Shown: positions 37,645 through 45,956, numbered from the stretch's first letter. The stretch is DNA of 64,000 nt from an uncultured Porphyromonadaceae bacterium (GCA_947177685.1 CAMWVE010000009.1:6041-70040); one strand, 5' to 3'. Notes: generated from the letters alone by a model not told the origin. Program-made: numbers and translations.

Positions 37645-38589
37645 TTAAACAAGTGAGTTCTGACGTTTATAATTCAGTATTTCCAGACAACGATAGTAGT
37701 TCTCTGCAAAATCAAAGTAGATTTCGTCTACGTCGTGCTCCTTACTGAAATCATATAGGGGGGCCCATATATCACATAATTTCAAGTTGTCATAATCCTC
37801 TATCTCTCTCTTCCAAAATTCCTTAATACCTTGGATTTCTGAAATAGGATTGTCCTTTAGGTTTTCCAGAGAAGATATTCTATTCATCAGATAATCCTTT
37901 TGAATACCATCTTTCATGTTCTTCAATTGTTCTTCAATTTCACTTACCTCATTATCAATACTGTCTATAATGGAAACCAACTCCATTTCTTTCACCTTTC
38001 CATAGTGAATAGGACAAAGTTCCATTAAATCATCCAGATTGTCTGATTTACTAATTATGAAAGAATTAGAATTCATATAAATGGTATTGTCTACAAAGAA
38101 GATTCCATTACTACTTGCTTCAAAGTTATCAACCATCCATATTGTATAAGGGAATTGTTTCACTATCTTTTCCCAATCACAAAGTCTACCTTCATTAACG
38201 CAGAATGAAAGATATTCACCATTTTCAGAAACAAACGCTCTTAATTGGAGATAGGTTTGTTTCTTGAAAGTATCTAAATCCAAATCAAGTCCCTGTATAA
38301 ATATACATTGAGATTGATTTAGCTCATTCTTGCAAAGACAAGTTATATCAGGTATCTGTGAGTTGATATACTCAAATGTTTTCGAAGGGACATAGATCGA
38401 ATCTCCGTGTTTAATAAAGTCAGTTGCTCCCAAATTTTTTAAGATTGTATTCAAGATTGCCTCCATTTGAAGATATCCCCCTTGGATTGACACAAGAGTG
38501 AAATGTTTTGTGTTGGATGCGTCGTTCTGAACATTTTCCAGGTTTTCTCCTGCATTGTTCATGGTTTTGTTGTTTCTTTTCTTTTCCAT
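37645..38589 (-). CDS. hypothetical protein (314 aa), island orphan
   Basis: Clean ATG ORF preceded by an island promoter box and a 123-nt conserved leader. No motif recognised; a coiled-coil-like segment lies around EIEEQLKNMKDGIQKD. Confidence 0.65.
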   Translation of the reverse strand: MEKKRNNKTMNNAGENLENVQNDASNTKHFTLVSIQGGYLQMEAILNTILKNLGATDFIKHGDSIYVPSKTFEYINSQIPDITCLCKNELNQSQCIFIQGLDLDLDTFKKQTYLQLRAFVSENGEYLSFCVNEGRLCDWEKIVKQFPYTIWMVDNFEASSNGIFFVDNTIYMNSNSFIISKSDNLDDLMELCPIHYGKVKEMELVSIIDSIDNEVSEIEEQLKNMKDGIQKDYLMNRISSLENLKDNPISEIQGIKEFWKREIEDYDNLKLCDIWAPLYDFSKEHDVDEIYFDFAENYYRCLEILNYKRQNSLV

Positions 38590-38617
38590 ATTTTTTATTT
38601 TTAAGATTGTAATTCTG

Positions 38618-38750
38618 AATTAAACATAACAAAGGATTTCTCGATTTATCAGATTTTTGAATTTTTCTTGAAAAATTCTTCTGATTTCTATCTTCGTTCC
38701 CTTTGACACCACAAAGGTAAAATGAAGAATATCCAAGTATTTTGGTCTAT
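38618..38750 (-). repeat. promoter-leader module, left copy of an inverted repeat of about 130 bp (partner 58530..58658)
   Basis: The reverse complement of 58530..58658 aligns by eye along its whole length. The first 60 nt or so next to the genes are near-identical (attaaacataacaaag.atttctcgatttat.agatttttgaatttttcttgaaa). The distal part is more diverged. Confidence 0.85.
38712..38747 (-). promoter_or_regulatory. island promoter box P1 (CCAAAATACTTGGATATTC + 13 nt + TACCTTTG)
   Basis: The reverse strand reads gaCCAAAATACTTGGATATTCttcatttTACCTTTG. The -7 box matches Bacteroides TAnnTTTG. Same architecture at 44049, 49246 and 58530. Confidence 0.6.
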
Positions 38751-38845
38751 TAAAAATTCTTTCTGTTTTATTATCATTTCATCATTTCAACGAGAATGGT
38801 ATACCAATTTAAGTCTCAATTCCCATATAGATAGTTATAGAAAAA

Positions 38846-38877
38846 AGAGGATGGTGAAATAATCCTCACCATCCTCT
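38846..38877 (-). terminator. rho-independent terminator after integrase A
   Basis: Perfect 12-bp stem agaggatggtga / tcaccatcctct with an 8-nt loop. The minus strand is followed by TTTTTT. Lies 21 nt after the stop at 38898. Confidence 0.8.
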
Positions 38878-38897
38878 TATATATTATGTAGTATGAT

Positions 38898-40238
38898 TTA
38901 ATCGAAGTTGAAATCCAAACGCTCACTAACTATATCAATGAGAGTGCTCGGGAATAACTTGGCATAGACTTTTTCCGTTACGCTGGAAGTGGAATGACCC
39001 ATCAGATATGATATACTTTTTACATCCACACCTCTATTGAGGGCGAGACTTGCGAACGTATGGCGGGCTATGTGAAAGTGCAACCTAAATGGTAAGTTCA
39101 TCTTCTCGCCCATACATTGCAAGGATTGGTTCATTGTCTTGTTCCTACTGTTTATAGTCAGTTTAAGTTTCTCGCAATCATCCAAATCAAATTCATCCGG
39201 GAGCATACCGTATACAAAGTTATCATACCTACCTATCCATCGTTCCAGAATTTTCATACATTCTGTGGTGATCGGAAGATTTAACACAACAGGTCGCTTT
39301 GTATGATTTTTGACCTGAAGGTGCTTGATAATCCTCTGTTCCAGATTAACTTCCACCCACCTTAATGTACATACATCACTGAACCTCATACCTCCACAAT
39401 GGACAGAAAACAGAAACATATCCATTAACTCTTTCGTACGGGGATACTTGGATTGTTCAGTAAACTCAATAAGTTGCTTAACTTGTTCAGGTGTAAGATA
39501 GTCAACTTCATCAGTTGGTTTAGATAGTGATTTTACTTGAGTCGGTAAATATAATTCAAGGATTTCATCTGCGATTTCCTTTTTTATCCATCCAAGTCTC
39601 GCCATCTTCTTAACAGCTTTGAAGATAGGTGTCAAAGTCTTATTAATGGTATCATTAGTATTTCCCCGTTCTTTTCTCCATAATATGTAATCCTCAATAA
39701 TTTCTACCGTCAGGTCTTTACAATATAAGGTGGTGGACGGACAGGTGTCCCTGCCTTTTTGTTTTTGCAGAAACTTCCTGAAATTCCCCATATTACATTG
39801 TATGTTATGCCATACGCTATAACTTATCTTTTCTTTGTGATACTGACCCTCATTATGTTTGAGGACTTCATCAACAAAAGATACCTTACCCTTTTGAGCT
39901 GCCAGTTCCTGTTTATATGTCCCATTGAGGATACTCCTTAATATCGGGACAGTCATTTTGAAATCTTCATCTTCATTCAGTGTATCTATGATTTGGTCTA
40001 TCTCTTGTTTCTTCTTTGCCAATACCTTATTATATATATCAGCTTTGGGATGACCATTCTCACCATTGAGAATGAAGACATTTGATTTACCATCATCACC
40101 TAACCATAAATCAGGATGAATGAATATACCCATAGATTTCTTGACTGGAACACTATTGGTGGAATAGTATAAACATATACAATATTCACCAAATTCATTT
40201 GGTTTCCTGTCCTTTCTTAAAATATAGCGCCCGGTCAT
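38898..40238 (-). CDS. tyrosine site-specific recombinase / integrase A (Bacteroides-type with N-terminal Arm DNA-binding domain)
   Basis: MTGRYILRKDRKPNEFGEYCICLYYS (Arm-DNA-bind-like). Catalytic-domain motifs GGMRFSDVCTLRW (R), HIARHTFASL (HxxR), LMGHSTSSVTEKVYAKL (H...Y). Confidence 0.9.
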   Translation of the reverse strand: MTGRYILRKDRKPNEFGEYCICLYYSTNSVPVKKSMGIFIHPDLWLGDDGKSNVFILNGENGHPKADIYNKVLAKKKQEIDQIIDTLNEDEDFKMTVPILRSILNGTYKQELAAQKGKVSFVDEVLKHNEGQYHKEKISYSVWHNIQCNMGNFRKFLQKQKGRDTCPSTTLYCKDLTVEIIEDYILWRKERGNTNDTINKTLTPIFKAVKKMARLGWIKKEIADEILELYLPTQVKSLSKPTDEVDYLTPEQVKQLIEFTEQSKYPRTKELMDMFLFSVHCGGMRFSDVCTLRWVEVNLEQRIIKHLQVKNHTKRPVVLNLPITTECMKILERWIGRYDNFVYGMLPDEFDLDDCEKLKLTINSRNKTMNQSLQCMGEKMNLPFRLHFHIARHTFASLALNRGVDVKSISYLMGHSTSSVTEKVYAKLFPSTLIDIVSERLDFNFD

Positions 40239-40379
40239 ACTTGTTTAGGCTTATGGTTAAACAGAAAATTGATGAACATAAATGGAAGAGAAAGTATAAC
40301 TCCTATCTTCATAAGACATGCGGTTATGTCAATAAGTAGGTTGTAGATGGTTTGTATAAGTTTCAGTTCTTGAGGCATA

Positions 40380-41015
40380 TTATAGTATAAATTTTGATTT
40401 GAGTTTACGAAGTGTGTTGATTGAGGTGCCTGTTATAGCCTTGATATCTTTGAGTGTATTACCTTTTTCAAGGAGATATATTTCCTTGAAGTATTCCTTT
40501 TTGTAATCTATATCAGGCTTGATATATCCTTCTTTACGGCCTACTACTCCACCATTTTCACGATAGGTTTCATACCCTGCAGCCATTCTTGATCGAATGA
40601 GATTTCTCTCCATTTGATTGAATTGTGCGATTATACCACATACCAATGTTGCAATTGGATTGATTGTACCATCAGGTAATAGAGTTTCTAATCCATTTTG
40701 GAGAATGTATAATGAAACGCCCAGTTCGTTCAGTTCCTCTATGATATTTAAGAAATCTGCTGGCCTTCTTGAAAGTCTACTGCACTCGAATATTAGAATT
40801 TTGTCAACTCTATTTTCTTTGATAAAATCCATCAGTTCACACAGAGCCATACGTTCATACATTTTCTTTGCTCCTGAAATCTTTTCCTTGAACTCCTTTA
40901 TAACAATGTATGAGTTTTTCTTTGCAAAGTCGCGGAGTGATTTCAATTGGTGGTCGTAGTCCTGTGTAGAGGTACTGACCCTCGCATATATTACAACTCT
41001 CGTTTTATCGTCCAT
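40380..41015 (-). CDS. serine recombinase (resolvase/invertase family) with C-terminal HTH
   Basis: VVIYARVSTSTQDYDHQ (catalytic Ser motif), ILIFECSRLSRR, and a C-terminal LKDIKAITGTSINTLRKL HTH. The track start 41024 is a TTG; the ATG is at 41015. Confidence 0.88.
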   Translation of the reverse strand: MDDKTRVVIYARVSTSTQDYDHQLKSLRDFAKKNSYIVIKEFKEKISGAKKMYERMALCELMDFIKENRVDKILIFECSRLSRRPADFLNIIEELNELGVSLYILQNGLETLLPDGTINPIATLVCGIIAQFNQMERNLIRSRMAAGYETYRENGGVVGRKEGYIKPDIDYKKEYFKEIYLLEKGNTLKDIKAITGTSINTLRKLKSKFIL

Positions 41016-41239
41016 AAGTATCAATTTTATTATTAGGGGAAAAGTATCAATTTAATCTTTTAGAACCTTTATCCAAAAGTTTATGACTGCATTCAAATCA
41101 ACCTAAATGATTAATTTGCGTTTTTTGAATTTGTATATCTTTTTATCCATCTCATTTAATCTTGTTTGATTATTTTGACACCGCTAAAGTAGCCGTATTA
41201 TTCGAGACCACCAGGGGTAAACTAAAGAAAATGAGTAGT

Positions 41240-41312
41240 TTTCGCATTATTTCGCATTTGCATTGTTCAAGACATATATCTGCACATCATAGAGAAGTTT
41301 CGTACGAAACTT
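41240..41312. promoter_or_regulatory. operator-like cluster: two TTTCGCA direct repeats 10 bp apart plus a perfect 18-bp palindrome AAGTTTCGTACGAAACTT
   Basis: TTTCGCA at 41240-41246 and 41250-41256. Palindrome at 41295-41312. Located 80-150 nt upstream of the 41392 operon, in the divergent gap with the serine recombinase. Confidence 0.55.
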
Positions 41313-41391
41313 GTCGTGGATTTTAATAAGTCAAAATAATGTATCTATGTTATTTTGACCCATAAATATTGTATATAACAATTGAATTAAG

Positions 41392-41811
41392 ATGGATAAA
41401 AAACAGTATGACGCAATGGTAATTTTTGACACTCCCATCCAGATTGTTGACGATGGTGGGGATGTGATTTCTATATATGGATTACTATATAATCAGGATG
41501 AAAAACACAAGGATGACCTCTGGACTTGGGAACTTAATAGATATATCTGCTATCTGCAAGGATGTGAGCGAGCCCAGTCCAATGGATGTAAACTCGCACC
41601 AGAGTTGTTGATTACCAAAGATGAAAATATGATTGCTCTTAAAGTCAGATTTAAGAACCTTATATATAGAATAATGAAGAAACATCTGATAAGATATAGA
41701 ATGGTTGAACTCACAGACCCAATAAAGATACATTTTGGCGAGACTGATGATAATCTTATTATCTCGCAACAACTTATAAATCGAATATACAATAACGAGA
41801 AAAAAAGATGA
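41392..41811 (+). CDS. hypothetical protein (139 aa), paralogue of 42183..42602
   Basis: First gene of a four-gene, translationally coupled + strand operon. Shares VIFDTPIQI / VFERPIQI, YICYLQG / YIAYLVG and LINRIYNNEKKR / LIERYTNIEVKR with the third gene. Confidence 0.6.
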   Translation: MDKKQYDAMVIFDTPIQIVDDGGDVISIYGLLYNQDEKHKDDLWTWELNRYICYLQGCERAQSNGCKLAPELLITKDENMIALKVRFKNLIYRIMKKHLIRYRMVELTDPIKIHFGETDDNLIISQQLINRIYNNEKKR

Positions 41812-42146
41812 GGCGAAAACTTACAGAAATAATCAGCACAATGGACCAGTATAATGGCATGGGGAAATATAGTGATGAGTATAAAGGTGGTGAACAGGTG
41901 GACATAGATACTGACATACCTGATACTCCAAATAAGGCTATTATTACAAAAGGTCAAGAAGATATGATTAAAGAGATGCTCACTTCAACGCTGCAGTCTG
42001 ATAAGATAAATGAACAAGGCTATTTTGCGAATGGATATGTTTTGACGTTTGATAAATTCTTAAGTGAGCAGAAAGGAAAACCATCTAATGTGGCATCATA
42101 TATGGGGTGCTTGGATGATGCTGATGATATAGACGAAGAGGAGTAA
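41808..42146 (+). CDS. hypothetical acidic protein (112 aa)
   Basis: ATGA overlap with the upstream gene. Acidic C-terminal tail DDADDIDEEE. Confidence 0.55.
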   Translation: MRRKLTEIISTMDQYNGMGKYSDEYKGGEQVDIDTDIPDTPNKAIITKGQEDMIKEMLTSTLQSDKINEQGYFANGYVLTFDKFLSEQKGKPSNVASYMGCLDDADDIDEEE

Positions 42147-42182
42147 CTCATAAATAACATATAATTAAACTAATAAGTAAAG

Positions 42183-42602
42183 ATGGACACAATTTTGAAT
42201 AAACTGATAGTATTTGAACGACCTATACAAATTGAGAGTAATACAGTCTATGGGCTTGTGATTAACAAGGAGAGAGAACAGCATTTCGCTAAAAATGGAT
42301 GTACACTGTCTGACTACATTGCATACCTTGTTGGGACTGAATATTTCATAAAGAATGGTGGTGAGATATGTAATGAAGGTGATTTGTGGATTATGCCAGA
42401 CGGAATACATACAATTATATTTAATGGTTCTGTGGAAAGATTATTAGCAGTTCTGATGAAAGACATTGTTGGATTTAGTGCATTTGAATTTGATAAGATT
42501 GATTGGCATGATGGTGATGTTGATATTGATGAAGGTTCACCCTGTTTCATCTTAAATCCGTCATTGATTGAAAGATATACCAATATAGAAGTTAAAAGAT
42601 GA
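42183..42602 (+). CDS. hypothetical protein (139 aa), paralogue of 41392..41811
   Basis: Same length and shared sequence blocks with the first gene of the operon. Confidence 0.6.
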   Translation: MDTILNKLIVFERPIQIESNTVYGLVINKEREQHFAKNGCTLSDYIAYLVGTEYFIKNGGEICNEGDLWIMPDGIHTIIFNGSVERLLAVLMKDIVGFSAFEFDKIDWHDGDVDIDEGSPCFILNPSLIERYTNIEVKR

Positions 42603-42823
42603 GTTCAGATACAATGACTTATATCTTGGTGCGAAAGGAATTCGTAAAGAGTGATGAATTACGAAAAAAGTATATGGAATATGGTCAAACTGACGCTAAA
42701 AGAGATATTCTTCCGATGTCAAAAGGAGTTGCCCCCAAATTACTCGATGAAAATGAAAAGGTCAGAAAGCTTGATTTAAGTCAAGTCAAAGATTATGATA
42801 CTTTTATGAGTGAAAGGAAATAA
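42599..42823 (+). CDS. hypothetical protein (74 aa)
   Basis: ATGA overlap with the upstream gene. Followed by the terminator at 42916. Confidence 0.5.
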   Translation: MSSDTMTYILVRKEFVKSDELRKKYMEYGQTDAKRDILPMSKGVAPKLLDENEKVRKLDLSQVKDYDTFMSERK

Positions 42824-42915
42824 TACATTCCATCATATACGATGGACAAATGTAAGAATGGCAGTAATTTTTATAATACTGTTTAGTCCATCTCAAATTC
42901 AAGTAAATTATTCAA

Positions 42916-42942
42916 GGCCACAGGTGTTGTCCATCTGTGGCC
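42916..42942. terminator. bidirectional hairpin terminator
   Basis: ggccacag / ctgtggcc 8-bp stem with an 11-nt loop, followed by aattttta. Lies between convergent genes. Confidence 0.6.
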
Positions 42943-42967
42943 AATTTTTATTAAGATCTAAATGATT

Positions 42968-44020
42968 TCACGCTGCTATATTATCCGCAATTGTATCTGA
43001 TGTGGTAGGTGGTAAAGTTTCTCTCTCGGTGACTCCAGATAATTGTATCCAGACATATTCCCCTCGATATACTGGTTCCCACTTCTTGAGTTCAATGTTG
43101 TTGTGGTAAATCTTCTTACCACATATTTCCTTTGAACTTTTGTCAATGTCGTTCTGGTTCTTGTAAGTGTGTAAGATTGTATATAAAACTATCCTCTGCT
43201 TCTTCTTATCTGTGTACCGCCATACCCTTTCAACTTTTGTTGACGGTCTGTTGTTGATACAATCAAGTATCACTGACTGGTCAATACCTGTTGCTTCTGA
43301 TGCACTATCAATTGTATCAAACACCTGTTCCCTCTGGTATTGTGCAACAGGAACGTCATACTGTCGTTTCATGCGAGAAGATGACTTGGATGTTTCTGCC
43401 AGAACTTTATCCTTATCGACGACCTTAGAGGTGGTAGTTAGAGCAACTTCTGTCTCTACTCTGACAGGCGTTGTCTCATCTATGGCTTCGTCTTTCGCTG
43501 TTTCCATCATCTTGGGCTTGCGGCCTTTTTTTCTCCCTGTTATCTCAATAGAAGGTTCTTCGACCTCAATTCCCTTTTCAATCCCCAATCCAATGAATTT
43601 TAAATATAAAGACCTCCAACCTATACAATCCAGTTTGATTTCATTGAGAAACATATCCGGGTTAAGGGAAAAATACTTGGCATTTTCTGTGAAACAAAGT
43701 CTGTAATCCTCTTCAGATCTCAGAAAGATTTGTTTCTCCTTTAATACATCTCCGAACTTGGGATACTTGGTACTTTTGATGAAGTAGTCATATATCTTTT
43801 TCCACCCCTCTATATCAAACCTCTTGTTAAGGAGTTCAGGACTATGAGTTAGGACAAACGAATGAATATATGACAACACGTCGTTCTTGCTATATCCACA
43901 TTGTTTAATAATAGACACCATGAGGTACTTTGCCGTTTTATCGTCAATAACATTAGGAATGATGTTGCGAATGTGTCTTACACACTTTAAAAAGTAGATT
44001 TCATTGAATTTTGTTTCCAT
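42968..44020 (-). CDS. hypothetical protein (350 aa) with a possible C-terminal NUMOD1/HTH-like DNA-binding motif
   Basis: Clean ORF behind promoter box P2. FDTIDSASEATGIDQSVILDCINNRPSTKVERVWRY resembles the NUMOD1-type pattern (s..eAa...gi..s.I..c.n......g..W.y). The match is weak. Confidence 0.55.
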   Translation of the reverse strand: METKFNEIYFLKCVRHIRNIIPNVIDDKTAKYLMVSIIKQCGYSKNDVLSYIHSFVLTHSPELLNKRFDIEGWKKIYDYFIKSTKYPKFGDVLKEKQIFLRSEEDYRLCFTENAKYFSLNPDMFLNEIKLDCIGWRSLYLKFIGLGIEKGIEVEEPSIEITGRKKGRKPKMMETAKDEAIDETTPVRVETEVALTTTSKVVDKDKVLAETSKSSSRMKRQYDVPVAQYQREQVFDTIDSASEATGIDQSVILDCINNRPSTKVERVWRYTDKKKQRIVLYTILHTYKNQNDIDKSSKEICGKKIYHNNIELKKWEPVYRGEYVWIQLSGVTERETLPPTTSDTIADNIAA

Positions 44021-44048
44021 TTTCTTTGCGATTTTAAGTTTTACACTG

Positions 44049-44084
44049 CAAAGAAAAGTGGAGGAATATCCCAGTATTTTGGGC
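44049..44084 (-). promoter_or_regulatory. island promoter box P2
   Basis: The reverse strand reads gCCCAAAATACTGGGATATTCctccactTTTCTTTG, 29 nt upstream of the ATG at 44020. Confidence 0.5.
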
Positions 44085-44174
44085 TAATTTAATATGTATA
44101 GATTTTTTTGATAATTCCCAACCTTCTAATCCAAAATGTATTAGTAAATTTGCAAACTAATTTTATTGAATTAT

Positions 44175-45359
44175 ATGGCACTTACCAACTATTGTATATA
44201 CAAATGGCTCATCTTTCTCCTTGAAACGGAAGCCGATGAACAGCATGGAATGACACTTAAAGATATAAACCAACGTTATCTGTGGGATAGAAAAGACATT
44301 TTTAAGTATATTCCATCGTCAGGTTGGACAAGGACAGGACTGCCTGATAGAAAGAAAGAATTGGTAGATGCAGAGGGTAAGAAATATACTGAATATCTTG
44401 ACCCGAAGATTACACCAAAGACATTCTTGCGATGGAGGCATTCCATATACGAACAATTTGGTCTTCTTATTCAGCAACCTATATTCAAGAATATAGTTCA
44501 AAACAGATACTATTTGGCTAACCCTGAATTATTGGATGAAAACAAGACCCTGCGTGAAACCCTTGAACATTTGGTTGATGAAGAAAAAAGAGGTTATGAA
44601 ACGAAAACACTTTTGACCGTCTCTCCGCGTGGCAGAAAGAAGAAAGCGGATGGTGTTTCCTCTGTTGGAAATAGTATGGGGTTTGTTTCTGTTGGTGGTT
44701 CAGATGTTGATTACCCTGACACACGACTTGGGTATCAGGATGAACCTGAAATGGTCGGTATCATACAATTTGTTATGTCCATTGGTGAAGCTCTTGTCAT
44801 CAAATATGGCAAGATGAAAAGACCTGGTGAGAAACGAGATAATGACAAGGATAAGAAATATGTACTTGAGCCCCAGCAACTCAAATGTATAAATGGTAGA
44901 TGGTATGTTGTAGGTAATCTGTATGAATATGGTAATAGGGAAACCTCTCATTTGGTCATATATGATGTCGAAAGGATAAGGTTGTGTGAGGATGAAGATA
45001 TACTTATCCCCCGATACCAAGTCAATGATGGTTTTGACATATACAATCTTATACCTGATGACTGGACTGACTACCTTGACCCGGACAAGGTTGTTTCGCT
45101 ATATCTAAAAACAACTGGACAGATTTTCGATGACCAACCATTCTGTCAGGCACAAATGAAGTTAGACGATTTGAGCGGAATAATGTACACGATCTATAAA
45201 GTGTATGTAAAACCTGATAAGGATTTTCTTATACAATACCTCGCCTATGGAGATGAAATGAGGGTTGTTGATATGTCGAAGAAGATAGAACCTTCAGATA
45301 CAGACATTACTCGGAAACAAATCAAATACTTGAATGATTTACGAAAGATAACATTGTAG
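44175..45359 (+). CDS. WYL-domain protein (putative HTH-WYL transcriptional regulator)
   Basis: LEPQQLKCINGRWYVVGNLYEYGNRETSHLVIYDVERIRL fits the WYL-domain core (g.WYl.g........r.f.l.RI). The track start 44166 is a TTG; the ATG is at 44175. Confidence 0.6.
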   Translation: MALTNYCIYKWLIFLLETEADEQHGMTLKDINQRYLWDRKDIFKYIPSSGWTRTGLPDRKKELVDAEGKKYTEYLDPKITPKTFLRWRHSIYEQFGLLIQQPIFKNIVQNRYYLANPELLDENKTLRETLEHLVDEEKRGYETKTLLTVSPRGRKKKADGVSSVGNSMGFVSVGGSDVDYPDTRLGYQDEPEMVGIIQFVMSIGEALVIKYGKMKRPGEKRDNDKDKKYVLEPQQLKCINGRWYVVGNLYEYGNRETSHLVIYDVERIRLCEDEDILIPRYQVNDGFDIYNLIPDDWTDYLDPDKVVSLYLKTTGQIFDDQPFCQAQMKLDDLSGIMYTIYKVYVKPDKDFLIQYLAYGDEMRVVDMSKKIEPSDTDITRKQIKYLNDLRKITL

Positions 45360-45364
45360 AAATC

Positions 45365-45381
45365 TACGAAACGTTTTCGTA
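45365..45381. promoter_or_regulatory. TACGAAA-cgt-TTTCGTA palindrome (island operator motif)
   Basis: Perfect 7-bp inverted half-sites with a 3-nt spacer, 6 nt after the stop of the WYL gene. Confidence 0.45.
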
Positions 45382-45396
45382 TACCATAAATGAATA

Positions 45397-45431
45397 AAAA
45401 GCCTCGCAAGGATTTTCCCTGTGAGGCTTTT
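45397..45431. terminator. bidirectional hairpin terminator
   Basis: aaaagcctcgca / tgtgaggctttt stem (one G-T pair) flanked by A- and T-runs. Lies between convergent genes. Confidence 0.65.
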
Positions 45432-45456
45432 ACAATGAATGTTTAAAAAGAGATAA

Positions 45457-45639
45457 TTACAATTTAACCTTCTTAATCTGATAATCCCACTTCTCAGGTG
45501 GAATACAATCTTCTAGTTTAAACTCTTTGGGAGGGTGTTCCCACAAGATTGTTTCTGGAATTTCAACAATCTTTCTCCCTTTAACATAGGTGAAATCAAC
45601 ACCTGTTCTTCTGTTTTTACGGGTTACGCTCCCTCCCAT
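45457..45639 (-). CDS. hypothetical small basic protein (60 aa)
   Basis: Overlaps the end of the upstream gene by 16 nt. Weak call based on position in the operon only. Confidence 0.4.
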   Translation of the reverse strand: MGGSVTRKNRRTGVDFTYVKGRKIVEIPETILWEHPPKEFKLEDCIPPEKWDYQIKKVKL

Positions 45640-45956
45640 TTCATACCTCTCTTTGTTAATTCCTCCTTTACTTCATTGATTTGATCAAGGTGGTAATTCC
45701 TATCCATTTCAACGTCATAAAGGCTTCGACCATTAAACTCAATAGAGGCTTTGTCGGAATGTTCTACCAACCTCATTTCCCTATCAAGGTTAGATAGTTC
45801 AACTTCAAGATTTGACCTTACCTCTAAGAGTTCTTCATTCGACAGTTTTTCATATTCATTTACTGTCTTTCTACCAACCTGACTGATTTCACAGCCATCA
45901 TTTTCAGACCACATTGTTCCCAACAACTGGTCTAATTCATTTACTCTTTTACTCAT
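45624..45956 (-). CDS. hypothetical coiled-coil protein (110 aa)
   Basis: The ATG at 45956 (MSKRVNELDQLLG) is preceded by the conserved leader motif taaacataacaaaagatttctc (45975-45996). Confidence 0.55.
   Translation of the reverse strand: MSKRVNELDQLLGTMWSENDGCEISQVGRKTVNEYEKLSNEELLEVRSNLEVELSNLDREMRLVEHSDKASIEFNGRSLYDVEMDRNYHLDQINEVKEELTKRGMKWEGA

Noticed and set aside
38822-38832. The 11-mer tcccatataga is shared between 38822 and 58442, near both integrase-associated repeats.
   Set aside because: Hundreds of chance 11-mer matches are expected within a 64-kb window. The two copies are in direct orientation while the flanking real repeat is inverted, so I treat the match as coincidence.
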